From the NCBI GenBank assembly GCA_965140785.1, contig OZ223518.1:1-64000 (forward strand): a stretch of DNA of 64,000 bases, written 5' to 3'. This DNA comes from an uncultured Ruficoccus sp. (GTDB lineage: Bacteria > Verrucomicrobiota > Verrucomicrobiia > Opitutales > Cerasicoccaceae). The notes below the pieces were generated by a model that was not told where the DNA came from, made no database searches, and was given only the letters and a program-made list of their open reading frames with translations. The position numbers and the translations under genes are program-made. Of the stretch, positions 9,906 through 19,735 are shown one piece after another (position 1 is the first letter of the stretch; every line of letters begins with the position of its first letter).

Positions 9906-10066
9906 GGCTGTGTCTTCAAATTATCTCACGTCGTCCACTCGGTCGGATTTTGGCCCGTATTTCATTTCCTCGGTTCGACAAATCTGGATTTGCCTCACCT
10001 CGAAAGCCAAAATACGTTCTCAAAACCAACCTTTGCGGACTCGTTCCGTAATGTGAAGACACAGCC
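9906..10066 (-). mobile_element. Structured rod-like repeat family A copy 2
   Basis: Terminal IR GGCTGTGTCTTCAAATTA/TAATGTGAAGACACAGCC; shared TCACGTC, TCGACAAAT..ATTTGCCTC and CTCGTTCCGT motifs. Confidence 0.8.
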
Positions 10067-10114
10067 AAAAATAAAAATCTCCGTTTTCGTTACCATCTTT
10101 TGTAAAACCCGCCC

Positions 10115-11182
10115 ATGGATCTGGAAAAAGTCCGCACCCGTATTGATGAGATTGACCGCGAGATCGTGGCCAAGCTGAACGAGCGGCTCACCCTCGCCGG
10201 GGATGTCGCCGCCGCCAAGGCCGAGGCCGGGCTGCCGATTTTTATGCCCGAGCGCGAGGAGCAAATCTTTTTAAAACTGGCCAAGCTCAACACCGGTCCG
10301 CTCGACGAGGCCACCCTGCGCCGCATCTACGGGGAGATCATTTCCGTCACCCGCGCCCGCCAGCGCAAGCTGCGCATTGCCTACCTCGGGCCGGAGGCCA
10401 CCTACACCGAGCAGGCCGCGATCAAGCAGTTCGGCGGGCAGATCGAGACCATGCCCCAGCCGCTGATCCCGGACGTTTTCACCGCGGTGGAAAAGGACGA
10501 GGCCGACTACGGCGTCATCCCGATTGAGAACTCGACCGGCGGCGCCGTCCTGCACGCGCTCGACATGCTGGCCGAGACCGAACTGAAGATCGTTTCCCAG
10601 GTGTACCTGCCGGTCGAGCACTGCCTGATCTCCCGATGGCCCCTGGAGGCCATTACCGAAGTTCACTCCAAGGATCAGGCCCTGATCCAGTGCCGCGACT
10701 GGCTCGCCCGCCACCTGCCCAAGGCCCACCAGTTCGAGTGCGAAAGCACGGCCCAGGCCGTGCGCCACGCCGGCGAACACGAGGGCAGGGCCGCCATCGC
10801 CTCCGAGCTGGCCGCGGTCAAGTACGACGTCCCGGTCGTCGAGAGGGGCATTCAGGACCGCCCGGACAACGTCACGCGCTTCCTCGTCATCGGGGCCAAG
10901 CCCTGCGGACGCACCGGCGAGGGCGCCGACAAGACCAGCCTGGTCTTTTCCATCAACGACGAGATCGGGGCGCTCGAACGCGCCGTCAAGGCCTTCAGCT
11001 CGCGCGGGATCAACATGACCAAGATTGAATCCCGCCCCAGCCGCCGCAAGGCCTGGGACTACCTCTTTTTCGTGGACATCATCGGCCACTGGGAGGACGA
11101 GGTCGTCCAGGCCGCCGCCGACGATCTCAAAAAAGCCTGCCGCCTGGTCAAATGGCTCGGCAGCTACCCGAATACGAAGTAG
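10115..11182 (+). CDS. pheA: Chorismate mutase/prephenate dehydratase (P-protein)
   Basis: N-terminal LEKVRTRIDEID; AYLGPEATY, PIENSTGG, NVTRF, NMTKIESRP, WLGSYP. Confidence 0.96.
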   Translation: MDLEKVRTRIDEIDREIVAKLNERLTLAGDVAAAKAEAGLPIFMPEREEQIFLKLAKLNTGPLDEATLRRIYGEIISVTRARQRKLRIAYLGPEATYTEQAAIKQFGGQIETMPQPLIPDVFTAVEKDEADYGVIPIENSTGGAVLHALDMLAETELKIVSQVYLPVEHCLISRWPLEAITEVHSKDQALIQCRDWLARHLPKAHQFECESTAQAVRHAGEHEGRAAIASELAAVKYDVPVVERGIQDRPDNVTRFLVIGAKPCGRTGEGADKTSLVFSINDEIGALERAVKAFSSRGINMTKIESRPSRRKAWDYLFFVDIIGHWEDEVVQAAADDLKKACRLVKWLGSYPNTK

Positions 11183-11202
11183 CGACTGGGCAACCCTATC
11201 TC

Positions 11203-11616
11203 ATGTCAGACGAAGCACCCAGCACCGGCCTTTTTTCGAGCAGGAAGTCCCTGTGGGTATTGGGGATCGGTTTTGCTATCCTCGTGCTGGTGCACGGCTA
11301 CGCGCTCTGGGAGCAGGCGGAGCCCTTCGATGATCGGCCCTTTGACGCCGAAACCTGGCGCATGTTCGCCGGGAGCGAGGTGCCCGACAATCCCCGGGGC
11401 CGGATGGCCGAGGCGGTTGTGTCCGAAGTCCTGGAGCCGGGTATGACCCGCGAAGCGGTGGTGGAAATGCTCGGCCCGGCCGAGTTTGAGGACCCGACGG
11501 GCCCGCTCACCTACAACCTCGGTATGTGGTCCGGCCCGCGCACGGAGTACGACTGGTTGGATATTTATTTTGATACTGACGGGCGTTTCACCCATGCTGA
11601 GATCGTCCAGCATTAA
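11203..11616 (+). CDS. Hypothetical membrane-anchored protein with SmpA/BamE-like motif
   Basis: Single TM helix, then PGMTREAVVEMLGP. Confidence 0.6.
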   Translation: MSDEAPSTGLFSSRKSLWVLGIGFAILVLVHGYALWEQAEPFDDRPFDAETWRMFAGSEVPDNPRGRMAEAVVSEVLEPGMTREAVVEMLGPAEFEDPTGPLTYNLGMWSGPRTEYDWLDIYFDTDGRFTHAEIVQH

Positions 11617-11631
11617 CAAAAAAGTATTCCT

Positions 11632-12675
11632 ATGACCCAACCTTTACGCATCGGTTTTATCGGAGCAGGTGGTAACACCCGCCAAATGCACATCCCCGGC
11701 TTCCAGGCTATTGAGGGCGTCGAACTCGCTGTCGTCTGCAACCGCAGCCAGGCCTCTTCGGAAAAGGTGGCCAGAGAATTCGGTATCGCCCGCGCCACTG
11801 CTGACTGGCGTTCGGTGGTGGACGATCCCGAGGTGGACGCCATCTGTATCGGCACCTGGCCCTACATGCACGCCGAGGTGACCATCGCCGCCCTGAAGGC
11901 GGGCAAGCACGTGCTGACCGAGGCCCGCATGGCCCGCGACCTGGACGAGGCCACCCGGATGTTTCAGGCCGCCCACAAGCACCCGGAGTTGATTGCCCAG
12001 ATCGTCCCGGCCCCTTTCACCTTTAAATACGACGCCACCATTATGGGCATGCTCGCCTCCGGTGGACTGGGCAAGCTGCGCGAAATCCGTGCCGCCCACC
12101 TCACCGCCGGGGCCGCCGATGCTTCCTCCGCCATCACCTGGCGTCAGGATGGCGAACTCAGCGGCAAGAACATCCTGACCATGGGCATCCACTACGAGAC
12201 CATCCAGCGTTGGCTCGGCGGGCAGGACCCGGCCTGGGTGCAGGCCACGGGCGCGGTTTACACCCCCGAGCGCATGAACGCCGAGACCGGCCAGATGCAG
12301 GCGGTGGACATCCCCGACTCGCTCAACGTCGTGGCCGGTTACGCCGATGGGTTCCAACTGGTTATGACCTTCAGCGCCGTCGCGACCGGCGGCAGCTACT
12401 GGGGCATGCGTCTCGACGGCGATCTGGGCAGCCTGCGCTACGACCTTTCCACCCAGAGCCTTTTCCAGAGCAGAGTGGGGCAGGGGGAGGAAAAAACCGT
12501 CCCCGTCGCCCCCGAGGCCGAGGGTAAGTGGCAGGTCGAGGCGGACTTCGTGGCCTCCATCCGCGAGGACAAGCCGGTCACGCTGACCAGCTTCGCCGAC
12601 GGCCTGCGCTACATGCGCTTCACCGAGCGCGTCTGGGAGTCCTGGACGAGCGAAGGCCGCCGCGTGGCCTGGTAG
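11632..12675 (+). CDS. Gfo/Idh/MocA family oxidoreductase
   Basis: IGFIGAG Rossmann motif, VDAICIGTWPYMH, AGKHVLTEAR. Confidence 0.9.
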   Translation: MTQPLRIGFIGAGGNTRQMHIPGFQAIEGVELAVVCNRSQASSEKVAREFGIARATADWRSVVDDPEVDAICIGTWPYMHAEVTIAALKAGKHVLTEARMARDLDEATRMFQAAHKHPELIAQIVPAPFTFKYDATIMGMLASGGLGKLREIRAAHLTAGAADASSAITWRQDGELSGKNILTMGIHYETIQRWLGGQDPAWVQATGAVYTPERMNAETGQMQAVDIPDSLNVVAGYADGFQLVMTFSAVATGGSYWGMRLDGDLGSLRYDLSTQSLFQSRVGQGEEKTVPVAPEAEGKWQVEADFVASIREDKPVTLTSFADGLRYMRFTERVWESWTSEGRRVAW

Positions 12676-12915
12676 CCATGGCTTTTTCTGGGCTGCGTAA
12701 GGCTTCACGGCTCGCTCCCTTCTCCCGTTGATAAGCGAAGCGATTCCCGATAATCATTAATCTCCGTTCGGTAGCGGGACAGGAGCCTTTCTGGCTCTGC
12801 TGGGGCAAACGCTGGTCCAGCCGGACCCCCATTTCGACCCGCAGGATCGAGGGTGCAGGGCATGCCTGCAAAAAACCTTTGCCACCACGGGGCGAAACCC
12901 TTTTCCCTTTCCGCT

Positions 12916-13368
12916 ATGCCCAAAGTCGATCTCGAACTCGTCAAACTCGTCCTGCAGCGCAACGAACTGGATTTGCGCCAGGTTTCCCAGATCATTGAGG
13001 ATATCAATGTGGAAATGGCCGCCATGGTGGAGGACGAGGACAAGCCGCCGCCCGTCAAGAAGCAGTTCGTCATGATGGTCTCCGATCCCGAGGGCAAGCT
13101 CGCCGGGCAGAACATGACCGGCTGGGTGCTGCAAATCCCCGAAGAGGACAGCCCCTACGTGGCCAACGAACGCCTGATCAAGTCCGGCTACGCCTACAAC
13201 GCCTCGCCCAAGGGCCGTCGCATCCCCGTTCAGTCCATTGGCGAAATCTGCGAGGTCGTGACGACGAAGTTCACCAAGGAGAACAACGTCTGGATCAAGA
13301 CCAAGGAGCCGATCCTGCTCGTCACCACCGACAACAAGCTGCCCATGGACAAAGACGGCAAGTTTTAG
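12916..13368 (+). CDS. Conserved hypothetical protein
   Basis: Clean ORF with GC-rich third positions directly upstream of truB; start taken at MPKVDL. Confidence 0.75.
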   Translation: MPKVDLELVKLVLQRNELDLRQVSQIIEDINVEMAAMVEDEDKPPPVKKQFVMMVSDPEGKLAGQNMTGWVLQIPEEDSPYVANERLIKSGYAYNASPKGRRIPVQSIGEICEVVTTKFTKENNVWIKTKEPILLVTTDNKLPMDKDGKF

Positions 13369-13469
13369 GACTGTGTGGCGGTCGAAATCCGGTGTTTCCG
13401 GTGGAAAAAAGCGCCGGTTCAGCCTTGCCAGAGGCGGGGGACTTGAGAAAATGATTGTTTGCTCAATTC

Positions 13470-14201
13470 ATGACTTCGACGACACAGAACGATTTTGAAG
13501 GCGTGCTGCTGGTGGACAAGCCCAGCGGCCCCACCTCGCACGACGTGGTGGACCGCCTGCGCCGCAAGCTGAAGATGAAGCGCATCGGCCACGCCGGTAC
13601 GCTCGACCCCAACGCGACGGGCCTGCTCATCATGCTGGTGGGCCGGGCGACCAAGGTCTCGCAGTACCTCATGTCGCTGGACAAGGCCTACGAGGGCACC
13701 ATCAAGCTGGGCGAGGAAACCAACACCTACGACAGCGACGGCGAGGTGACCGAGGCCAAGCCGCTGCCGGAGGGCCTCGACGCCGCCGCCATCGACGAGG
13801 TGCTCCAGACCTTCGTCGGCGACCAGTACCAGACCCCGCCCATGTTTTCGGCCAAGAAGGTCGATGGTGTGCCGCTCTACAAGCTCGCCCGCAAGGGGAA
13901 GGAAGTGAAGCGCGAGCCGCGCTTTATCCGCATCTCGGAGATCGAGTTGCTCGACTACACCGAGCCGTGCGCAGAGATCGGGATGGCCTGCTCGAAGGGC
14001 ACCTACGTGCGCACGGTGGCCCATGACGTCGGGCAGAAGCTCGGCTGCGGGGCGCACCTGTCCGAGCTGCGGCGCATCGCCGTCGGCCATTTTCACGTGG
14101 AGGATGCCGTCACACTCGAAGAGCTGGAGGAGATGAGCCTGAGCGCTTTCCGCCGCCGCCTGATTCCCATTTATCAGGCCGTGCCCAGCCACGTGCTCTG
14201 A
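13470..14201 (+). CDS. truB: tRNA pseudouridine(55) synthase
   Basis: [41 protein letters not shown]. Confidence 0.97.
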   Translation: MTSTTQNDFEGVLLVDKPSGPTSHDVVDRLRRKLKMKRIGHAGTLDPNATGLLIMLVGRATKVSQYLMSLDKAYEGTIKLGEETNTYDSDGEVTEAKPLPEGLDAAAIDEVLQTFVGDQYQTPPMFSAKKVDGVPLYKLARKGKEVKREPRFIRISEIELLDYTEPCAEIGMACSKGTYVRTVAHDVGQKLGCGAHLSELRRIAVGHFHVEDAVTLEELEEMSLSAFRRRLIPIYQAVPSHVL

Positions 14202-14287
14202 GGTTTGGGGTAAACGGTTGGGCGTTTGTCGGTTATCGGTTGCACTCCGCGTCCGGGTTGTTCAGGTTTTTATCGGGTTTTGGGGCT

Positions 14288-14320
14288 GACAAATGATCCA
14301 TGACAAATGACCATGACCCC
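14288..14320 (+). repeat. Heptamer tandem tract (GACAAAT-like) just before the ribF start
   Basis: gacaaat gatccat gacaaat gaccat gacccc. Confidence 0.55.
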
Positions 14321-14327
14321 GTAACCG

Positions 14328-15266
14328 ATGGCCTACTCTTCGCTCGATAACCTCCAACTGCCGGACCGGCCGCTCCATCTGGCTATCGGGATGTTTGACG
14401 GCATGCATCTGGGCCATCAGTCGGTGATCGAGGCGGCCGTCAGTTCGGCCTCCAGCACGGGCGGTCTGTCCGGGGTGCTGACCTTCTGGCCGCATCCGAG
14501 CCGTCTCTTTCGCAAGCCCGAGGCGGCGACCAAGCTGTTCATGCCCCTGGAGCAGAAGGAGGCCGCACTGACGCAGATGGGGGTGGGCTGCGTCATCGTG
14601 CAGGAGTTCACGCATGATTTCGCCGCCATTGAGGCCGAGGATTTCCCCGCTTTTCTCAAGCTCAAGCTTCCCACCCTGTCCGCGCTCTACGTGGGGGAAA
14701 ACTTCCGCTACGGCAAGGGCCGGGTAGGCACAATCCAGACGCTGATTGGCACCTGCCGCCATCTGGGGCTGCATGTTTTTAGCGCCGAACGCCTGCGGGT
14801 GGACGGCGAGCCTATCTCCAGCACCCGCATCCGCGCTTGCCTGTTGGCCGGAGAGATGACACAGGCCAACGCCCTGCTGGGCTACCCCTACACGTCGGAG
14901 GGTCGGGTCATTCCCGGACGCCAGCTGGGCCGCACCCTGGGCTTCCCCACACTTAATCTCCCCTGGGAGCCGGAGATGCAGCCCCGCTACGGCGTCTATG
15001 CGGTGCGCGTACGGCAGACAGGCGTATCCGATGAGTGGATACGTGGCGTGGCCAACTACGGGCTACGCCCCACGGTGGAAAAGGAGCCCGCCCGCCCGCT
15101 GCTGGAGGTGCACTTATTGGAAGATGTTGAGTGGGGGCCGGGGATGGAGTTGACGGTGCAGTGGCTGCACTTCCTGCGCCCCGAGCAGAAGTTCGCCAGC
15201 CTCGACGAGCTCAAGGCCCGCATCAACACCGACCGCATCGAGGCCTCCGCCTATTTCCGGCGTTAG
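14328..15266 (+). CDS. ribF: Bifunctional riboflavin kinase/FAD synthetase
   Basis: IGMFDGMHLGH, VGENFRYG, ISSTRIR, GRTLGFPTLN, LEVHLL, FLRPEQKF. Confidence 0.97.
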   Translation: MAYSSLDNLQLPDRPLHLAIGMFDGMHLGHQSVIEAAVSSASSTGGLSGVLTFWPHPSRLFRKPEAATKLFMPLEQKEAALTQMGVGCVIVQEFTHDFAAIEAEDFPAFLKLKLPTLSALYVGENFRYGKGRVGTIQTLIGTCRHLGLHVFSAERLRVDGEPISSTRIRACLLAGEMTQANALLGYPYTSEGRVIPGRQLGRTLGFPTLNLPWEPEMQPRYGVYAVRVRQTGVSDEWIRGVANYGLRPTVEKEPARPLLEVHLLEDVEWGPGMELTVQWLHFLRPEQKFASLDELKARINTDRIEASAYFRR

Positions 15267-15281
15267 GTCAGCATTTTTGAT

Positions 15282-15466
15282 TTTAACCGCAAAGACGCAA
15301 AGGCACAAAGGTTGTGATCGTATGCCAGGTGGAAAGACCTCTGCGTTCTCCGTGCCATCGGGTGTTTGTTCGTGATTTGAATAGGGTCATAGCACGGATT
15401 AAGTGTAATCCGTGGATAAATACGCTGCATTCAAATGCCCTGAAACCTTTGCGCCTTTGTGGTTAA
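15282..15466. repeat. Imperfect inverted repeat of CGCAAAG-type units enclosing a CACGGATTA/TAATCCGTG hairpin
   Basis: ttaaccgcaaagacgcaaagg ... cctttgcgcctttgtggttaa; inner 9-bp IR at about 15393-15414. Confidence 0.7.
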
Positions 15467-15489
15467 TAAAAAACTGTTGATCCTACCGC

Positions 15490-16129
15490 TCAGTTTTCGA
15501 CCATCGGAACGAAGCGGACCGTGCCTAGATGGTGCTTCTCGAAGCCTTCATCAGTCCGGATGACCAGGAGGAGGTCTTGGGTCTGGTCAACCGGCCCGAC
15601 GGCGATGATCAGCCGCCAGCCGGGAGCGAGTTGGTCGAGCAGGGCGGGCGGCACTTGTACGCGGCAGCGGCGGGTGGCGACAATCGCGTCGAAGGGAGCC
15701 GCTTCGGGCCAGCCCAAGTGCCCGTCCCCGCGGCGCGGAAACGGATGTTCGCCATAGCCCAATTTCTCGCAGCGATTTCCGCGGCTTTCCGGGCGGTCAG
15801 GGCGGGGTGGCGCTCGATGGTGTAAACCTCGCGTACAACCTCGGCCAGCAGAGCCGTTTGGTAGCCCGAGCCGGTACCGATTTCCAGCACGCGCGCGCTT
15901 GCGGTGCGGGCGCGGCCAGATCCATCATGTGCGCGACGAGACTGGGCTGGGAAATCGTCTGGCCCGAGTCCGATGGGCAGGGGGCTGGTCCAGTGCGGCT
16001 TGCGTCGAGGGATTCGGCGGGAACGAAATGCCTGCGCGGTCCACTTTGAGCACGGCGCGGCTGTACGGACACTTTCGTGCTGTAAAGCACACCTTGGGTG
16101 GGCGAGGGACTTTCTTCCATGCTTTCCAC
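15490..16129 (-). pseudogene. pcm: Protein-L-isoaspartate O-methyltransferase, multiply frameshifted (pseudogene or sequencing error)
   Basis: [35 protein letters not shown] and VRFVPM fall in different frames. Confidence 0.85.
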
Positions 16130-16144
16130 GGCAGAAAAACGATA

Positions 16145-18474
16145 TCAGAAGAACGGGCTGCGGTCCATGATGGAAAGGTCGAGCTTGTCGATCTGCTCCC
16201 GGCAGTTATGAACTCTCGCTGGCCAGATCGCTGTAGCGGCGTACGAGGGCGAGGAAAGACCGCCACATCCCCCGCCGCGACATCGAACGGTTGAGGTGCT
16301 CCTTGCGCAGCATGATGAGCAGCTCCATGTTCAGCTTGAGCCGGGCGATATGCGTATTCAGGTTTGGATACGCCTCGGGACGCTGGTCTCCGGTCTGCGA
16401 AAGTCTTTTCGAATTTCTCCAGGCACTCGCTTTAGGTTGGTCGTTGAGCTCGATCCATGATGGGGGGCCATGCGCTCGGCCAGTACGGGCACCATGGGGC
16501 GGCGGATGGCCCGTTCCAGCGCTTGCAGACGAAAGCGCAGCCCTTGCAGGCACAGGGCGAGCTTGCTGGTACTTGAGGCGCTGGGGCTCCTCGTTTTTGT
16601 GCAGGCCGATCTGGCTAACCCATTCCTGGCAGGTGCCGGGCAGGTCGATGAGCGTGTTCTCGAGTGAGCCGACGACGGCGATCGGGCTCTCGCCCGCGCA
16701 GCACTTGCGGCGTGTAGATATCCAGGTAGTCCCGGCAGTCCTTGAAAAAGGTTTTCAGGGTCGAGCGCAGTTGGTGCTCAGGGATGACGGGCCAGATCAC
16801 GCGCAGGACGATTGCACAGACCATAAAGCCCAGTAGATGATACCCAGTCAAACGCTCGATACCGGGCTCCAGTGAGACGCTCCTGGCTGGTTGGAAACCG
16901 AGGTCATCAGCAGAAAGGCAAGGAAAGCCTGGAAACCCGGCGTAGGAGTAGCGGGCCGGGCCCGTAGTTGATCCAGGGCAGAAGACCATGAAGCAAAGAA
17001 ACAGAATAGGGGCCAGTTGATCGTATGTCTGGAGGTGCGGGGTCACTGTGAGCAGGAAAAAGACCGCCGCGGTTGTACCACCGAGCAAGCAGCCGACCAG
17101 CCGGAGCATGGATTTGTGGTTACTGGCCACAATGGTTTTCTGAATCAGGATCGAGGCCGTGATGACACCCGGCAGGCCGCCGGGGCATGCTGCGTCCACT
17201 GCCAGAGGTAGAGGGCGTAGAGATGACGGCGACGCCGACCTTGACCCCGTGCTTGAGGCGCATCGTGCTCGGGCCGCCAAGGTGCCTTGTTGCGATGGAC
17301 GCGTTCCATGACCTCGCGGCGCTCGCGGCCGGGTTGGAGGATTGCCACAGCAGCCTTGCGCATGAGCATGACCACCCGCTCGATTTCAGCAAGGTTGGCG
17401 TAGTACGCCATGAAAGAGGTGGTGTCGCTCAGTTCATAGCTGCAGGGGCTTTTCGCTGGAGCGAAGCGCCTTCGAGGTGTTGCTGGAGGGCCGCGTGGGC
17501 GTCAGGGGCGACCGCCGGTGGGCAGCGGGCCGGGCTTGGCGAAGAAACTCCGCCAGTGCGCAGAGTTCTGCCCGTAGCGCGTCGGTGTAAGCGCGAAGCT
17601 TGGGGGCACTGAGATTTTCCTGGTAGCTGCCGGGGGAAGTCCCCCTGCGTCGAGTGCAGGGTGGTGACTGATGGAGACAAAAGTGCTCTCCATGAGCTGC
17701 AAGAGCACCGCTGCAAGGCTGCTGCGGTGGTTGGAGAAGCGGCTGGAGTCGAGCATCGCCTGCGGGAGCAGCACGCGCAGCTTCGGGAAGGCCCCGCTGA
17801 GCTTTCTCGCTCAACTTGTCGGCATCGGGGACCTTATGCCCCGTACCCACTGTACGAGGGCGGTCGAGTGATCAAAGAGATCTTGATGCAGTCCTTGAGT
17901 GTTGACGGCCATTTGGCGGCCCATTTCCCGGCTCGCGCTCTGGGGCCAGAGCAGGGAGTTGACGGTGAGCGCGACGATCGACCCCCAGGCTGATTTCGGA
18001 CACCCGGAAGAAGACCACCGGCCAGAGCTGATCCAGATCGTTGAAGACCTCGGCATTGATGATGGAGATCGTGATCCCGCACAGAGAAAAAACGTGTACG
18101 GGTAGAACTTGCCCGTGCCCATATAGCCAGCGAATGACCAGCATCCCGAAAAGCATCGCGGCAGTAGCCAAACTGGTTCTGCGGGAAAAGGCCGCAGATG
18201 AAGTACGAGGCGGCCCCGCTGCCACGAGCGTGCCAATGATCCGCATGATGCCCTTTTCCAGCGAGGCGCCGATGTAGGGCAGGGTGGCCACAAGCACGGA
18301 GATGCCCGCCCAGTAGGGGCGTTGCCAGCCCAGTCCCATGGCGATGCCGATCGCGATGACGGCGGCCAGCGAGGCCTTGAAGGCCGTCAGCCAGCGCAGT
18401 TTGTTGAACTTCGGCCAGTGCCCGCGCAGGGTATCCGGGGAGAGAGGACGGGCAATGGATTCAAGAACGGACAT
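16145..18474 (-). pseudogene. FUSC/AaeB-family efflux inner-membrane protein, multiply frameshifted
   Basis: AFKASLAAVIA..GWQRPYWAGIS..GASLEKGIMRIIGTL; second module LKHGVKVG..KSMLRLVGCLLGG; C-terminal piece ...[14 protein letters not shown] ending at 16145; fragments spread over several frames. Confidence 0.8.
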
Positions 18475-18543
18475 GAGAGGTTATACGACGTCTCCGATAA
18501 TTCGCATTGTCATTAACGGCACTTGTGCTGATTGTAAACGCCG

Positions 18544-18801
18544 ATGATTGTGGATTTGATGGAGCGGCTCTCGCGTGTGGTCCCACCCGGATGGCGTCTG
18601 CCGGCTGAAATCGATCTGTGGGGCTTCTATCTGACGCCCATTTTCGTCGTGTTTCCGCTGGGCATCGCGCTGGCCGGACTGACCGTTTGGTTGATTGACC
18701 GCGCCCGCCTAACCGGCTTTATCTGGCATCCGCCGTTATTTTTGTTTTCGCTCGCCATCATCTACGGGGTGGCGCTATCGCTGCTCTTTATGCCCGTCTG
18801 A
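18544..18801 (+). CDS. DUF1656/AaeX-like small membrane protein
   Basis: EIDLWGFYL.P and FIWHPPLF motifs; precedes a HlyD gene. Confidence 0.85.
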   Translation: MIVDLMERLSRVVPPGWRLPAEIDLWGFYLTPIFVVFPLGIALAGLTVWLIDRARLTGFIWHPPLFLFSLAIIYGVALSLLFMPV

Positions 18802-18808
18802 CCGGTCT

Positions 18809-19735
18809 ATGCTCAAAACTATTGTTAAAGTCCTCATCACGCTGAGCGCCGTGGCCGTGGCCGCGGTCCTCGCCTGGGTTTACTGGAAACAGTACCTGCT
18901 CAACCCATGGACCCGTGACGGGCAGGTGCAGGCCTACGTGGTCGGGATGGCCGCCCGGGTAAGCGGGCCGATGATCGACGTGCCCGTGCAGGACAACCAG
19001 TTCGTCTCGGAGGGGGATCTGTTGTTTGCGATCGACCCGACCGACTACCAGCAGGATGTGGGCGCCGCCGAGGCAGCTCTGAACAAGGCCAAGACCGTGG
19101 CCGAGTTGCTCAAGCTCGAGATCGAGCGCCGCACGCCGTTGCTTGCGCAGCAGTTGATCTCGCTGGAGGATTACCAGATCCTGCAGGCCAAGTACGCCGA
19201 AGCCCTCGCCGATATCGAGGTGGCAAAGGCGGACCTGGATCTGGCCGAGCTGAACCTGAGCTACACGCGGGTATATGCTCCGGTGAACGGCTACGTGACG
19301 AATCTCGTGGTCACGACCGGCACCTATGTGACCAAGGGGCAGCCTCTGATGGCGCTGGTCGATGCCAACAATTTCTGGGTCACGGGCTACTTTCGCGAAA
19401 CGGACCTCAAAGGCGTCGTTCCGGGCAAGCGGGCCAAAGTGCGCTTCATGGGCCATTATAACGAGCCCCTGGAGGGGGTCGTACAGAGCGTGGGTTGGGG
19501 TATCTTCCGGGCTGACGGCTCGGAGGGAAAAAACCTCCTGCCCGTCGTCGCTCCAACCGTGGACTGGGTGCGGCTGGCCCAGCGTTTTCCCGTGCGGATC
19601 CACCTGATCGATCCGCCGAAGGACTTGCCGCTACGGATCGGCGCGACCGCCTCGGTGCTGATTTTGCCCGACGCGGGTGGAGTACGCCCAGCAGCCGACA
19701 TCCGGAGAAGCCACCCTGACCGACGGTCGGGGTGA
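18809..19735 (+). CDS. HlyD/AaeA-family membrane fusion protein (3' end possibly chimeric)
   Basis: PWTRDGQV, DNQFV..GDLLF.IDP, WVRLAQRFPVRI; tail overlaps the next gene by 59 nt. Confidence 0.9.
   Translation: MLKTIVKVLITLSAVAVAAVLAWVYWKQYLLNPWTRDGQVQAYVVGMAARVSGPMIDVPVQDNQFVSEGDLLFAIDPTDYQQDVGAAEAALNKAKTVAELLKLEIERRTPLLAQQLISLEDYQILQAKYAEALADIEVAKADLDLAELNLSYTRVYAPVNGYVTNLVVTTGTYVTKGQPLMALVDANNFWVTGYFRETDLKGVVPGKRAKVRFMGHYNEPLEGVVQSVGWGIFRADGSEGKNLLPVVAPTVDWVRLAQRFPVRIHLIDPPKDLPLRIGATASVLILPDAGGVRPAADIRRSHPDRRSG

Noticed and set aside
15490..18474. Programmed frameshifting or phase variation in pcm/FUSC
   Set aside because: Too many scattered indels, not located at consistent slippery or homopolymer sites.
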